Origin: Candidatus Eiseniibacteriota bacterium
Lineage (GTDB): Bacteria; Eisenbacteria; RBG-16-71-46; JABDJR01
Reading direction: 5' to 3'
Length of the DNA: 64,000 nucleotides
NCBI GenBank assembly: GCA_963783375.1
Contig: CAWANH010000028.1
Location: forward strand, 54,103-118,102
Both the position numbers and the translations under genes were made by a program. Shown here piece after piece: positions 26,529-35,728 of this stretch (its first letter is position 1; each line of letters begins with the position of its first letter). The notes under the pieces were generated by a model that was given only the letters and a program-made list of their open reading frames with translations, did not search any database and had not been told where the DNA came from.

Positions 26529-27764
26529 GTGGCGGCTGGCGCTCGGCCTGGCCGTGGCCGGGCTGCTCTCCGTCGCCCCACCGGTCGGCTCCCCCGCCGG
26601 CGCGGCCCCCCTGTCTCTTCAGTCGGATGCCGCGGTTCCGTTTTCCCCGGGGTCGGGGACGTGGTGGACGCCATGACGGTGTCGCGGCTCGACGGATTCC
26701 TCCGGGATCTCTGCGGGGCCAACGAGGTCACGGTGGACGGGGGTCCGGTGGCTTTCTCCACCCGCTGGTCCCTGAGCACGGAGGGCGCCCAGGCCGGCCG
26801 GTACGTGGCCGACCGCCTCGCCGGGATGGGATACGAGGTGCGCACCGAGGCGTTTCCGGTGGGGAACAAGACCGGGCTGAACGTGGTGGCCCGCCTCCCC
26901 GGGCAGGTGACGCCGGACCGGGTCTACATTCTCGGCGCCCACCTGGATTCGATCTCGGAGCTTCCGACAACCCTGGCCCCGGGCGCCGAGGACAACGGGA
27001 GCGGCTCCGCCGGAGTTCTGACCGCGGCCGCCGCGCTCGCCGGCCGACGCTTCGAGTCGACCATCGAGTTGGTCCTCTTCTCCGGGGAGGAGCAGCTGGT
27101 CAAGGGAAGCTTCGCCTACGTGAAGAACGCCTTGGCCGGAGGCCGGGACATCCGAGGGGTGGTGATTTTCGACATGATCGCGTACTGGAAGGACCACTAC
27201 GGCCTGCTGATCAACGGGGAGACCCGCTACGGGGATCTCATGCAAAGCGCGGCCGACGCCGTGAACGCCTTCACGGATCTCTCCTGGGAGTTTTCCTACG
27301 ACGACCTCCTGAGCGACCACGTGCCCTTCATGGACGCGGGGATCCCCGCCCTGCTCCTGGCCGACCGGGACTTCCGGGCCTATCCCGCCTATCACCGATC
27401 CGACGACACCTACGAGAAAACCGACCCCGTGCTGGCCCTGAAGATCGCCCGGGCCGGGGCGGCGGTGATCGCCCAGGCCGCGGGGCCGATGGGGCCGGCG
27501 GTCGGGGTCCCTGAAGTCCCGTCCTCCCCGGCCCGTCTCCAGGTGGCTCCCAACCCGGCCCGGGCCGCGATCTCGGTCTCCGGCACCGATGGGAGCCCGG
27601 TGGAGGTCTACGACCTGGCCGGCCGGCTGGTCCGTCGACTCCCGGGGCGGGCGGCCGGCGTCCTTCGCTGGGATCTCACCGATGCCTCGGGCCGCCCGGT
27701 TCCCCCCGGGTCGTACTGGATCCGAAGCGGCCGGGCCACGGAACGGGTGGTGATTCTCCCCTGA
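26529..27764 (+). CDS. M28 family metallopeptidase with a C-terminal FlgD-Ig/T9SS-type sorting-like domain; N-terminus unresolved (see findings)
   Basis: M28 motifs ILGAHLDS, GAEDNGSGSAGVL, LFSGEEQ and SDHVPF. The C-terminus is LQVAPNPAR...VEVYDLAGRLVRRL...WDLTDASGRPVPPGSYW. The matching signal peptide lies in another frame (ORF 26458..26676). Confidence 0.85.
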   Translation: MAAGARPGRGRAALRRPTGRLPRRRGPPVSSVGCRGSVFPGVGDVVDAMTVSRLDGFLRDLCGANEVTVDGGPVAFSTRWSLSTEGAQAGRYVADRLAGMGYEVRTEAFPVGNKTGLNVVARLPGQVTPDRVYILGAHLDSISELPTTLAPGAEDNGSGSAGVLTAAAALAGRRFESTIELVLFSGEEQLVKGSFAYVKNALAGGRDIRGVVIFDMIAYWKDHYGLLINGETRYGDLMQSAADAVNAFTDLSWEFSYDDLLSDHVPFMDAGIPALLLADRDFRAYPAYHRSDDTYEKTDPVLALKIARAGAAVIAQAAGPMGPAVGVPEVPSSPARLQVAPNPARAAISVSGTDGSPVEVYDLAGRLVRRLPGRAAGVLRWDLTDASGRPVPPGSYWIRSGRATERVVILP

Positions 27765-27823
27765 CCGGGAATCCGCAGGCGACCCCCCGGGTAAATTCAA
27801 AGGAAGATGACTTTTTCAATCTC

Positions 27824-27852
27824 TTGACAAAGTTTATCTTCTAATTTAGGAT
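27824..27852 (+). promoter_or_regulatory. Sigma-70-like promoter candidate (TTGACA-N17-TAGGAT) in an AT-rich island
   Basis: TTGACA at 27824-27829, a 17-nt spacer, then TAGGAT at 27847-27852, about 84 nt upstream of ATG 27936. The local sequence is strikingly AT-rich for this genome. Confidence 0.4.
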
Positions 27853-27935
27853 TGGATCCCATTCTGGCGATGGGGTTATCCCAGCTACTTCTTTCTGCTG
27901 CTTGAGGGATCCAGGATCTCTCTGCGAGGTGCATC

Positions 27936-28646
27936 ATGAGGCGTTGGCTATTGTCCCTGGGGGTCTTTGCTCTCCTTCTGCCGTCCCTGGCCCTGGCCGT
28001 TCCTGTCCCGGGCACGTACACGTCCACCGATCTGGGGGGAAACCTCCTTACCGGCCGGGCCTCCACCTGGCGCTCGGGCATCAACTCGGGCCTTCCGCAC
28101 GTGCTTCACGCCGAGTCCTGGGACGGAAGCGCTCTGGGCAACCAGTGGGAGGTGAGCTGCCCGACCGAAAACGCCGCTTTCCTCGTCCAGGACAACCGGG
28201 TGGGCGGGGTGGGGACCATCGTCTACACCTCGACCTTCACCGGAGGGACCTTCACCTTCCTTCCCGGCGCGTGGCCCTGGGGCGACGGCTCGGGGACCTT
28301 GGGCACCACCACCCTCATCACCACCGTGCAGTACGTGCTGATCAGCGGGGTGAGCACGCCGGTGGCCGCGGTGGTGAACGGCAACACCAGCGGCCAGTTC
28401 ACCGACGGCTGCTACCTGACCTTCGCCATCGGAAACGGGTCCGGGGTGGGCGAGACGACGAGCGAGAACCTCGCCGTCACCAAGCCCGCCGACTACCCGA
28501 CCTTCCTCGACGGCTCCTGCGGACCGGCGCCGGCCAACCAGCAGTTCGGAAGCTGGGGCACGGTGATCACGATCACCATGCGGATCGACTGTCCGGTTCC
28601 CACCAAGCCGTCCACCTGGGGCCGGATCAAGGCCACCTACAACTAG
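27936..28646 (+). CDS. Secreted protein, unknown function
   Basis: Track ORF with a signal peptide (MRRWLLSLGVFALLLPSLALA). The body is Gly/Thr-rich and beta-type with 4 Cys. The C-terminus is PTKPSTWGRIKATYN. Confidence 0.75.
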   Translation: MRRWLLSLGVFALLLPSLALAVPVPGTYTSTDLGGNLLTGRASTWRSGINSGLPHVLHAESWDGSALGNQWEVSCPTENAAFLVQDNRVGGVGTIVYTSTFTGGTFTFLPGAWPWGDGSGTLGTTTLITTVQYVLISGVSTPVAAVVNGNTSGQFTDGCYLTFAIGNGSGVGETTSENLAVTKPADYPTFLDGSCGPAPANQQFGSWGTVITITMRIDCPVPTKPSTWGRIKATYN

Positions 28647-28770
28647 ACTGCTTTCTTCGAACGACTTCCAAAGCGGCCGTCGGGGTTTCCCGGCGGCCGC
28701 TCTTGGTATCCGGCGTCCGCTCTGCCATGCTTCCTGGGTCCCGTGCGCTCCCTCCCGAGGAGGATCCGAA

Positions 28771-29502
28771 ATGAACCGTTTCCCGACCGTCGTCCTCGTG
28801 ACCGGCGCCCTCCTGGCTCTCGTCCCGGGGGCCGCGACGCCCACCCCGCACCCGGTTCCCGGTGAGACACCCGGGGTCGCCGCCCCGGAAAGCGGGACCG
28901 CCGCCCCCGCCGACACCTTCCGGTTCGCCGGGGACATCCGCCGCTTCGAAGGGGCGGACCGGGCGAGCGCGCCTCCCGCCCACCCCGTCCTCTTCGTGGG
29001 CAGTTCCTCGATCCGCATGTGGTCGGGCCTGGCCGAGGACTTCCCCGGCGTTCCGGTCCTCAACCGGGGCTTCGGGGGCTCGGAGACCGAGGACGTCCTC
29101 CGCTACGCCGACCGGATCGTCTTTCCCTATCATCCCCGGCTCATCTTCCTCTACGAGGGGGACAACGATCTGGCCGCGGGAAAGAGCCCGGACCGGGTCT
29201 TCGCCGACCTCGACTCCCTGGTCACCCTCATCCACCGGCGACTCCCCGGGACCCCGGTGGCCTTCATCTCGATCAAGCCCAGCCTGGCCCGGCGGAACCT
29301 CCTGGAGGCGATGCAGGAGGTGAACGCCCGCATGCGCGCCCGGGCCGCCGCGGACCCCGGGCTCGACTACGTGGACGTGATGACCCCCATGCTCGACGGG
29401 CGCGGCGAGCCGCGGCCGGAGATCTTCCTGCCCGACGGGCTCCACCTGAACGCGGCGGGGTACGCGATCTGGGTCCATGCGGTGGCCCCGCTTCTCGAGT
29501 GA
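28771..29502 (+). CDS. SGNH/GDSL-family hydrolase, exported
   Basis: Signal peptide. Block motifs are LFVGSSSI (Ser nucleophile), GFGGS, YEGDNDL and LPDGLHLN (Asp-x-x-His). Confidence 0.85.
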   Translation: MNRFPTVVLVTGALLALVPGAATPTPHPVPGETPGVAAPESGTAAPADTFRFAGDIRRFEGADRASAPPAHPVLFVGSSSIRMWSGLAEDFPGVPVLNRGFGGSETEDVLRYADRIVFPYHPRLIFLYEGDNDLAAGKSPDRVFADLDSLVTLIHRRLPGTPVAFISIKPSLARRNLLEAMQEVNARMRARAAADPGLDYVDVMTPMLDGRGEPRPEIFLPDGLHLNAAGYAIWVHAVAPLLE

Positions 29503-29632
29503 CGGCGGCGGACCCTGCGGGGCGTCCGCACCGCCCCGGCCTCGGCGCGGCGCGCACCGCGGCCGGGACGGAGCGCGCCGTCCCAGAACGCCCTTGGGGG
29601 GACCGGCCCGGCAGTGTAGAATCCGGGGCCTC

Positions 29633-30619
29633 ATGACACGCGTATTCAGCGGAATCCAGCCCACCGGATCGCTTCATCTCGGAAACTACCTGGGGGCCAT
29701 CAAGAACTGGGTGGCGCTCCAGGACCGGGACGACTTCGAGCGCATCTACTGCGTGGTGGACTACCACGCCATCACCGTCGAGTACGACGCCGGGCACCTG
29801 GCGGAGCGGACCCTGGGGATGGTCCGGGACCTCCTGGCCTGCGGTCTCGACCCCGAGCGGAGCGCCATCTTCGCCCAGTCCCAGGTTCCCGAGCACACCG
29901 AGCTGGCCTGGATCTTTCAGGCCACCTCCACGTCCTACGGGGAACTCCAGCGGATGACCCAGTTCAAGTCGAAGACCGACCAGCAGGACTTCGTCACCGC
30001 CGGGCTCTTCACCTATCCGGTGCTCCAGGCCGCGGACATCCTGCTCTACGACGCCGCCCGGGTCCCGGTGGGCGAGGACCAGGTGCAGCACCTGGAGCTG
30101 TCGCGGGAGATCGGCCGGCGGTTCAACCAGCGGTTCGGCGAGACCTTCCCCGAGGTCCTGCCGCTCCTCACCAGCGCCCCCCGCATCCTGAGCTTCCGCG
30201 ACCCGACCCAGAAGATGTCCAAGAGCGCGGGGGAGGGCCACTACCTGGCCCTGGACGGGACCGAGGACGAGGCACGCGGGATGATCAAGCGCGCGGTCAC
30301 CGACACCGGCCCGGCGGAAGCGGGGGTCATGAGCCCGGGAGTTCAGAACCTCTTCACCGTCCTCCGGGAACTGGGGCGAACCGAGGACCACGACCGGCTC
30401 ATGGCCGACTACAAGGCGGGAAGCCTCCGTTACGTGGATCTCAAGGGCGCGGTCTCGGATGCGGTGTGGGAGACGGCGTCCGCCATCCAGGCCCGGATGA
30501 AGGAGTTCCCCTCCGAGGTGGTGCGGGAGGTGATCCGGGAGGGGGCCGAGCGGGTCAGGCCGATAGCCAGGGCCAAGATCGCCGAAGTCCGGAAGCGGGT
30601 CGGCCTGCTCGAATTATAG
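29633..30619 (+). CDS. trpS: Tryptophan--tRNA ligase
   Basis: Starts at ATG 29633 (MTRVFSGIQPTGSLHLGNYLGAIKNW...). HIGH-type (TGSLHLGN) and KMSKS motifs are present. About 328 aa. Confidence 0.95.
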   Translation: MTRVFSGIQPTGSLHLGNYLGAIKNWVALQDRDDFERIYCVVDYHAITVEYDAGHLAERTLGMVRDLLACGLDPERSAIFAQSQVPEHTELAWIFQATSTSYGELQRMTQFKSKTDQQDFVTAGLFTYPVLQAADILLYDAARVPVGEDQVQHLELSREIGRRFNQRFGETFPEVLPLLTSAPRILSFRDPTQKMSKSAGEGHYLALDGTEDEARGMIKRAVTDTGPAEAGVMSPGVQNLFTVLRELGRTEDHDRLMADYKAGSLRYVDLKGAVSDAVWETASAIQARMKEFPSEVVREVIREGAERVRPIARAKIAEVRKRVGLLEL

Positions 30620-30990
30620 CGGGCCGCGCGCGGTCGGCCTGAAGCCCGGACGGATTCCATCGGCACGGGGACAAGAAACCGGAGGGGGAACCTCCAGGTC
30701 CCCCCTCCAGACCACTCGATCGTTCCTTGCATCGCACTCTGATTGTCTCTCAACCATCGAGCGTTCTCAGTCAAGTCGCGGAGCGACTCTTGGACCTCGG
30801 TGAATTGGAGCATCGCTCCCCGGTGAGAACCGTCGACCCGCCGGTCCGGTGACCCTGAACCACCCGACCCCTGAGGATCGCTCTCTCGATAGACTCGAGA
30901 CTACGCATCGGGGGGCAATCGGGGAATCGGCTCACCCCTCAATATTAGATAAGATTTTTCCCTATGGTTGCAGGACACTTCCCCACCGGA

Positions 30991-31680
30991 TCAGCGGTCC
31001 TCGAGCACCCACTGGACCGCCCGATAGACCAACTCGTTGCCGTTTTTGAGGTTGAGCTTGGTCTTGATCTTCTGCCGGTGGGCGTCGACGGTCTTGACGC
31101 TCAGATGGAGGTCCTGAGCGATCTCCCGGCTGGTCTTCCCCCCCCCGATGAGCTCGAAGATCTCGAGCTCCCGGTTGGTGAGCTGCTCCACCAGGGGACC
31201 GCTGGACGGCGTCCCGAAGTTGGAAATCGAAGAGAGCACGCGCTCCATGCCTCCTTCGCTCAGCCGGATCTTCCCCTGGAGGACGGTGCGGATCGCGGCC
31301 AGGATCTGCTCGCCCCCCTCGGACTTGCAGACGTATCCGGAGGCCCCCGCCCGAAGGCTGCGTTCGGCGTACAGCCCTTCGGCGTGCATGGAACAGACGA
31401 GCACCCGGCAGGACGGACGTTCCTGCCGGATCATGCGGATGAGATCCAATCCGGACATGTCGTCCAGGGAGATGTCCACCAGGGCCAGATCGGGTTCGAG
31501 CTCCTCCAGCATCTGAATGGCCTGGGACGCTTTGCCCGCCTCCCCACAGACCTCCAAATCGCTCTCCCGGCTGATGAGCTCGACCAGGCCCGTCCGCACC
31601 ACCGGGTGATCATCGACGATCAGGACCCGTCGGGGACGGTCGACCGGATCTCCCATTCGGGAACGGGGCATCTTGTTCAT
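30991..31680 (-). CDS. NarL/FixJ-family response regulator (REC + LuxR-type HTH)
   Basis: ATG 31680 overlaps the kinase stop (ATGA). REC motifs are VLIVDDHPVVR and DLALVDISLDDMSG. The HTH is LTNRELEIFELIGGGKTSREIAQDLHLSVKTVDAHR. Confidence 0.9.
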   Translation of the reverse strand: MNKMPRSRMGDPVDRPRRVLIVDDHPVVRTGLVELISRESDLEVCGEAGKASQAIQMLEELEPDLALVDISLDDMSGLDLIRMIRQERPSCRVLVCSMHAEGLYAERSLRAGASGYVCKSEGGEQILAAIRTVLQGKIRLSEGGMERVLSSISNFGTPSSGPLVEQLTNRELEIFELIGGGKTSREIAQDLHLSVKTVDAHRQKIKTKLNLKNGNELVYRAVQWVLEDR

Positions 31681-34600
31681 GCGGCGGCTCCCCCTCTCAA
31701 AGCACATCTGACGATGAGCCCGCCTCCGGGGGCGGATTCGAAGGTCAATGAGCCGCCGATCAGACCGGAGCGGTAACGCATGATCCTGATGCCCAGGCCC
31801 CTGGTCTCATCCGGCACCTCGAACTTCCCCGCACCGTCGTCGCGGACCTCCAGGACCAGATCGATTCCCTCGGCGGCCAGGGAGACCACGATCTCCGGCG
31901 CGCCGGAGTGCTTGACGGCGTTGTAGAGCGCTTCCTGCGCGATATAGAACAGATGCGTCGCGGTGAAGTTGTCCTCCACCAGAACCGGCCGGGCGCACTC
32001 GAACCGGCAATTACTCCGGAAACTGCTGCGTAGCCGGGAAACGAGGTCATCCAGGGCGCTCATGAGGCCGGCGGCGTCGACCTCGACCGGCATGAGTCCC
32101 CGCGCCAGGTCGTGGACCTGCTGTTTGGCCTCGGTGAGACTGGCCGCCAGGCGCTGAGCCAGCACGGCCTCCGGTGGCAGGGCCTCCTTGATCCTCCGAT
32201 GCAGGGTCTCGGCCAGGAGAGCCGCGCCCACGATCTGCTGGGCCAGGGTATCGTGGAGTTCCTGGCCGAGCCTGCGATGTTCCTCCACCACCAGGTCGGC
32301 GGTCTGCCGCTCCAGCTCCTCCCGCTCGAGCTCTTTCCGCACCACCACCCGGCCGAGTTGGGTGCCGCACAGGGACGCGGTGTCGAGGAGAAGGGCGTCG
32401 GGTTCGGAGTCCCCGCGACTCAGGAACTTCAAGACCCCCACCCTCCGCCTACCGACCACGATGGGAACGGTGACCGCGCCTCGGATCCCCGCCCGGCGAA
32501 GCACGTCGGCCGGATACGTGGAAATCGCATCGAGGTCGGTGGTCCAGGTCGGACGCACCTCCTCCATCTCCTCCCCCAACGGCCCCCTATCCTTCCCCTT
32601 CCGGGGCTTGCGGGCCGCCGCGTGCATCTTCAAGGATTCCAATTCGGGCTCGCCGAACCACCACGCCCCGGAATCCTCGAGGACCAGCGGGTCCTTCATC
32701 GAGTGGAGGTAGGCGTGACCCACCGGCCAGTCGAACCCGGCGCACATCTCCTTCAGTACGGCCGGGAATGCTTTCTGGATCGAATCGGCCTGGTTGGCGA
32801 TCACCGCGATCCGGCCCAGGAGTTCCAGGTAATGGGTGCGTTCGTGAACCCTGGCATCGAGCTGTTCGTTCAGGGTCCGAAGGGCTTCTTCGGCCGCCTT
32901 GAGCTCGGTCATCTCGATGAAGGCGACGACCACGCCGTCGACCCGGTCCCCGCTGATCCGATAGGGAAGGACGCGGCGAATGTACCAACGACCATCCTCG
33001 CAGCGGATCTGGGATTCCAGCTGGACCCGGGTCTCCATGACCCGTCTCGCGTCCGCTTCCATGTTCGCACCGGCCGCCGGAAGGGAAAGCTCCCGGATGG
33101 AACGGTGGAAATCGAGGGGCCGCAGGTGTAGGAATTCGCCCGCCGATTCGGTGAACCACTTGATGCACAAGGAGGGATCGAGAAAGACGGTGGGGATTCC
33201 GCTGCTGCTGATGAGGTTGGCCAGGTCGTTGTTGGCGGTCTCCAGGGCCACCACCTTCTCCTGGAGCTTCGAGTTGACGGCGGCCAGCTCGTCGATCAGC
33301 GACTGCAACTCCTCACCGGAGGTCTCCAGCTCCTCGTTGGTGGACTGGAGATCCTCGTTCATCGAGGTCATCTCCTCGTTGGCGGTCCGGAGTTCCTCGT
33401 TCGAGGTCTCGAGTTCCTCGACGCTGATCTGGAGTTCCGATCTGGCCTCGCGGAGCTGTTCCTCGAGGTGGTCGATTATGGCGATCTCGCCGGGGTCCGG
33501 GTCCATGGCGGGCAACGCGGCAATTCCCGCGGGCACCACTTCGCTGAAGGACACAAGGAGAAGTCCCTCGACCGAATTGGGAAGGGTCAACGGATCCACA
33601 ACGATCCGGAAGGCGTGCCCGCCGCCCTGGCCGGGAACCTCGAACGGGCCTCTGGCTATCGGCTTCCCGGTGCGCCTTGCCTTCAGGAGGGTCGCTCGAA
33701 GCTTGGGGTGAGTGGTCAACGGAGTCCAGGCGAACAGGTCGGTGGTCATCGCCCCTCGGGGGGGGGTCAGGTACGGGCTGGCGGCGCCGAAGGAGAAGAG
33801 GATCTCATCCCGGCCGTTCACCACCACGGACGGCGGAGCGAACCGGTTCAGGACCAGCTTCTTGATCGCCTCGACGAAGATGTCGTGATCGCGGCCCCTC
33901 AGCCCGTTGCGCAGCTGGCTTCGGGGGATCGGCGGTTTGGAAAAGCTTCGGAAATCCACATGACTCAGCCGGGTGGTCCCCACTTTCCGAAAGATCCGGT
34001 ACCGCTTGGACAGCGGTTCGAACAGAGCCTCTCCCGTACTCGTGGTTTCGGCGTTCCCCAGGAAGAGGCAACCACCGGGCGAGAGGGAGTAGTGGAAGAG
34101 CCGAAGCAGCCGTTCCTGCGCCTCGGGCACCAGGTAAATGAGGAAGTTCCGGCAGGAAACCAGGTCCATGCGGGAAAACGGGGGATCGGAAAGGAGGTTC
34201 TGCTCCGCGAACACCACCTTCTCCCGAACCTCCCTCTTGATCCGGAAGCCTCCGTCGAACCTCGTGAACGAGCGGCTTCGGCGCGCGGGACTCACTTCAG
34301 CGGCTCTCACGACCGGATAGGTCCCGGGACGGGCGACGGCAAGCGCGTCCGCATCGACGTCCGAGGCGAAGATCTGGATGTCACATGGTGATTGGGCTTC
34401 CTTCCTCGCCTCCAGGAGGAGGATCGCCATGGTGTACGCCTCTTCCCCGGTGGCGCAGCCGGGGACCCAGACCCGCACCGTCTCCCCCTCCCCCCTCTCG
34501 CGCGCCAGGGGTAGGAGCACGTCCTGCTTCAAGGTCTTCCACGCCTCGGCGTCTCGAAAGAAACGGGTCACGCTGATCAGGAGGTCCCGGGCCAATGCGC

Positions 34601-35465
34601 TTCTCTCGGCCGGCTTGTCGGAAAGGAGGCGGACGTAGGCTTCAAGGCTATCGAGCTGGTGGAGGCCCATCCGGCGATGAATCCTGCGGAAAAGAGTGCT
34701 CCTCTTGTAGGCGCCGAAGTCGTAGTGGCTGCCGGTGTTCAGGACGTCCAGCACCGACTGCACACCCGAGGTGGCCTCGGGCCGGTCCAGGTCGAACGGT
34801 TCCTCGCCGCGGACGTAGGTGTGCCCGAGGTAGCGCAGAAGGTGCGCGGGCATGGCCTCCACGTCCAGAATCCTGTCCACCAGTCCGGTGGCCATCGCGG
34901 CCCGGGGCATGCCGTCGTAGGCCGCCTTTTCCGGGTCCTGGACCAGAACCAATCCCCCCTGGGCCTTCACGTCCCGGAGACCGCCGGTGCCGTCAGCGCC
35001 CGTTCCGGACAGGATCACCGCCACCGCCTTCTCCCCGACCGCGGCGGCCATGGAGCGGAAGAAGTAGTCGATGGGATGGCGGGCCTCCATCCGGTCCTTG
35101 GGCTTCCGGATGTGAAACCGGCCTTTCTTCAACGAGAGGAGCCGTCCCGGCGGGGCGACGTAGACCCGATCGGCCGCCGGAGTCTCGCCCTCCTCAACCT
35201 GGCCCACGTGCATATCGGTTCGGCGGCCGAGGATCGAGGCAATCATGCTGTCCCGATCGGGGTCGAGATGCTGAATGACCACGAAGGCGGCGCCGGACTG
35301 GGACGAAAGCGAGGAGAAGAACTTCTGGAGCTGTTCGAGGCCCCCGGCCGATGCACCCAGGGCGACGATCGGAACGACGGAATCCCCACGGTCCGTGCGC
35401 GACGCCGGCGCGGACTTGGGGGACCTGTCTGCTTTCGAACCGAGGCGGGTTTGCTGTTCTACCAT
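31677..35465 (-). CDS. Multidomain sensor: CheB-type methylesterase + CheR-type methyltransferase + coiled coil + PAS + GAF + HisKA_3/HATPase histidine kinase
   Basis: Track ORF of 1262 aa. CheB-like: VALGASAGGLEQL, VILSGTGADGT. CheR-like: TRFFRD, VWVPGCATGEEAYTMAILL. A Glu/Leu-rich coiled coil, a PAS-like and a GAF-like region follow. ELHDTLAQQIVGAAL is a HisKA_3 H-box, and the HATPase is at the C-terminus. Confidence 0.9.
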   Translation of the reverse strand: MVEQQTRLGSKADRSPKSAPASRTDRGDSVVPIVALGASAGGLEQLQKFFSSLSSQSGAAFVVIQHLDPDRDSMIASILGRRTDMHVGQVEEGETPAADRVYVAPPGRLLSLKKGRFHIRKPKDRMEARHPIDYFFRSMAAAVGEKAVAVILSGTGADGTGGLRDVKAQGGLVLVQDPEKAAYDGMPRAAMATGLVDRILDVEAMPAHLLRYLGHTYVRGEEPFDLDRPEATSGVQSVLDVLNTGSHYDFGAYKRSTLFRRIHRRMGLHQLDSLEAYVRLLSDKPAERSALARDLLISVTRFFRDAEAWKTLKQDVLLPLARERGEGETVRVWVPGCATGEEAYTMAILLLEARKEAQSPCDIQIFASDVDADALAVARPGTYPVVRAAEVSPARRSRSFTRFDGGFRIKREVREKVVFAEQNLLSDPPFSRMDLVSCRNFLIYLVPEAQERLLRLFHYSLSPGGCLFLGNAETTSTGEALFEPLSKRYRIFRKVGTTRLSHVDFRSFSKPPIPRSQLRNGLRGRDHDIFVEAIKKLVLNRFAPPSVVVNGRDEILFSFGAASPYLTPPRGAMTTDLFAWTPLTTHPKLRATLLKARRTGKPIARGPFEVPGQGGGHAFRIVVDPLTLPNSVEGLLLVSFSEVVPAGIAALPAMDPDPGEIAIIDHLEEQLREARSELQISVEELETSNEELRTANEEMTSMNEDLQSTNEELETSGEELQSLIDELAAVNSKLQEKVVALETANNDLANLISSSGIPTVFLDPSLCIKWFTESAGEFLHLRPLDFHRSIRELSLPAAGANMEADARRVMETRVQLESQIRCEDGRWYIRRVLPYRISGDRVDGVVVAFIEMTELKAAEEALRTLNEQLDARVHERTHYLELLGRIAVIANQADSIQKAFPAVLKEMCAGFDWPVGHAYLHSMKDPLVLEDSGAWWFGEPELESLKMHAAARKPRKGKDRGPLGEEMEEVRPTWTTDLDAISTYPADVLRRAGIRGAVTVPIVVGRRRVGVLKFLSRGDSEPDALLLDTASLCGTQLGRVVVRKELEREELERQTADLVVEEHRRLGQELHDTLAQQIVGAALLAETLHRRIKEALPPEAVLAQRLAASLTEAKQQVHDLARGLMPVEVDAAGLMSALDDLVSRLRSSFRSNCRFECARPVLVEDNFTATHLFYIAQEALYNAVKHSGAPEIVVSLAAEGIDLVLEVRDDGAGKFEVPDETRGLGIRIMRYRSGLIGGSLTFESAPGGGLIVRCALRGGAAA

Positions 35466-35728
35466 GTAGGCTACCCGGATCTTCCGTGTGCTCAGGTTTC
35501 AGGACCGATGAGCGCCCATCGCCAAGCTGAGACAGCGCCGGGTGACCAGGGGGCGGCGGTTCATCGGGGGGTGAAACCGTCCGGATTCGTCACCCCCGAC
35601 TCGTACCAAGATACATCAAATGCAAGACAATTCGAAGCGGCAATGTTCCGATAGGGAAACAGCGGGGGCCGAATCCGGGGCGGGGTGCCGGAAGGACAAC
35701 GAAGAGACGTGGTTGCCCGGCAACCGCT

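Noticed and set aside
30430-30813. A 127-aa minus-strand ORF downstream of the response regulator, with a plausible helical N-terminus (MLQFTEVQESLRDLTENARWLRDN...).
   Set aside because: It runs about 190 nt antisense into the 3' end of trpS. Its C-terminal half is Arg/Ser/Pro shadow-type sequence. No RBS was seen.
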